A stretch of 37,550 nucleotides of DNA from Conidiobolus incongruus B7586. Taxonomy: Eukaryota. Of this stretch, positions 36,546 to 37,550 are shown one piece after another. Location: the NCBI GenBank assembly GCA_000697335.1, contig JNEM01009310.1, positions 1 to 37,550 of the forward strand. Direction: 5' to 3'. A program made the position numbers and the translations under genes. Under the pieces are notes generated by a model. The model ran no database searches, was not told the origin of the DNA, and saw only the letters and a list, made by a program, of their open reading frames with translations. Position 1 is the first letter of the stretch, and every line of letters starts with the position of its first letter.

Positions 36546-37550
36546 ATGACTACCTATGGTGTCCCAACTCACGCAGGGCGAAGTCAGGAAAATTCCTCTA
36601 ACCAACATGGAGATACCTCCCATACCCCAGAAGTTCTCTTTATCGAAGATCTCTTTGATGAAAATAATAACCCGAATGATCATTTTTACCAACTAAACGA
36701 TCAACAAAGAGCGAACCTCTTAATCCGTTTATTCTCCAAATATCAGGACCAAAAGAGAATGACTCCTTCTCCATCTATATACTCAGCTCGTGAGATCTTT
36801 CCTACGACTCCTTTTATCAAACAACTATCTAAACAATTAAAGAACTATGACGGTTCTAGAAAGGCTCAACAAATCCAAGATTTTTTGAATTCTTTCGAGA
36901 TGTATTTCAAACATGTCCCAATGACCCCATCAGAGCAATTGGATTTAGTATCTATCCATTTAACAGGTAATGCCTGAACCTGGCTGGAAAACTACCAAAG
37001 GTCACACCGCCTTTCCTCTGGCGAGTACGATTCCGAGTATATCAATGACTTCGAACAGTTTAAACAAAAACTGAAAGACGAATTTTACCCTTTTGACTCA
37101 GAAAATGTCGCTTATCACAAACTTCTAGATCTGAGACAAACTACCACTGTTTCTAGTTATTTAGATGCGTATCGACGCCTCGAAAACCGCCTCCCTCAAC
37201 GCCATTCCTTCGATCGAATTATGAGCTTTCTACATGGACTTAAGAAGGAAATCTACGACAAAATTAACCCTCTAGTCTCTCCCCAAAATGATTCTTTTGA
37301 ACGTGTTGCAGAGTTGGCTCTAAAGTACGACTCACCACATACCAGATCAAAAGAAAAAAGATTCGTTTGTCCTTCTTCTCATTCCTCTTCGATTCCCCAA
37401 TCTCATTCGTCCACTTGGAATTCTGATCGAATGATCGTCGATAACATCCATGCCAATAAAAAGGCGTCAGCTATACCTACCAAATATGTTCCCCTTACAC
37501 CAGAACAACGCAAATACATTCTCCAAAATAATGGATGTACCTATTGTCGC
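36546..37550 (+). pseudogene. gag: Retrotransposon gag with a single in-frame TGA at 36975-36977 (3' end outside window)
   Basis: The frame continues after the stop to the window end: YDGSR..IQDFLNSFEMYF, HLTGNA*TWLENY, FEQFKQKLKDEFYP, LLDLRQTTTVSSYLDAYRRL, FLHGLKKEI, MIVD, and LTPEQRKYILQNNGCTYCR (start of a CCHC knuckle). Confidence 0.85.

Larger units (their letters stand above)
35508..37550 (+). mobile_element. Ty3/Gypsy-type LTR retrotransposon, 5' portion (runs off the window end)
   Basis: Composition shift at TGTCAC (35508); LTR ends ...AATACA followed directly by a TGG-starting PBS; pyrimidine-rich leader; gag ORF with Retrotrans_gag motifs. Confidence 0.9.

Noticed and set aside
36975..36977. 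Alternative genetic code or selenocysteine at the gag TGA
   Set aside because: Trp is encoded by TGG in all genes here, TGA terminates CDK11, and the position is not a Cys or Trp site.

Overview
AT-rich eukaryotic genomic DNA with many very short GT-AG introns (about 47-70 nt). It is most consistent with an early-diverging fungus; a Zoopagomycota/Entomophthorales-like host such as Conidiobolus is an inference, not confirmed. Gene content is mostly housekeeping: a DUF3712/Tag1-like membrane protein, an F-box-JmjC dioxygenase, a Whi3/Scw1-like RRM protein, Sec72, tRNA-Ala(AGC), a 15-exon SAPS/PP6 regulatory subunit largely missed by the ORF track, V-ATPase subunit d (Vma6), phospholipase C, an RNF115/126-like RING E3, an Emp46/47-ERGIC-53 lectin and a CDK11/PITSLRE kinase. 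The window ends in the 5' part of a Ty3/Gypsy LTR retrotransposon. The best candidates for a second look are: (1) the retroelement's exact 432-bp tandem duplication giving two LTR-end/hairpin/primer-binding-site modules, together with a gag gene containing one in-frame TGA; (2) an unannotated 58-aa small ORF with its own TATA box; (3) a ~790-nt AUG-free, hairpin-containing leader and a long 3' hairpin on the Whi3-like gene; (4) a ~275-bp foldback/MITE-like element. No clearly novel multi-gene system could be demonstrated from sequence alone. All exon models were read by hand and need RNA-seq confirmation.
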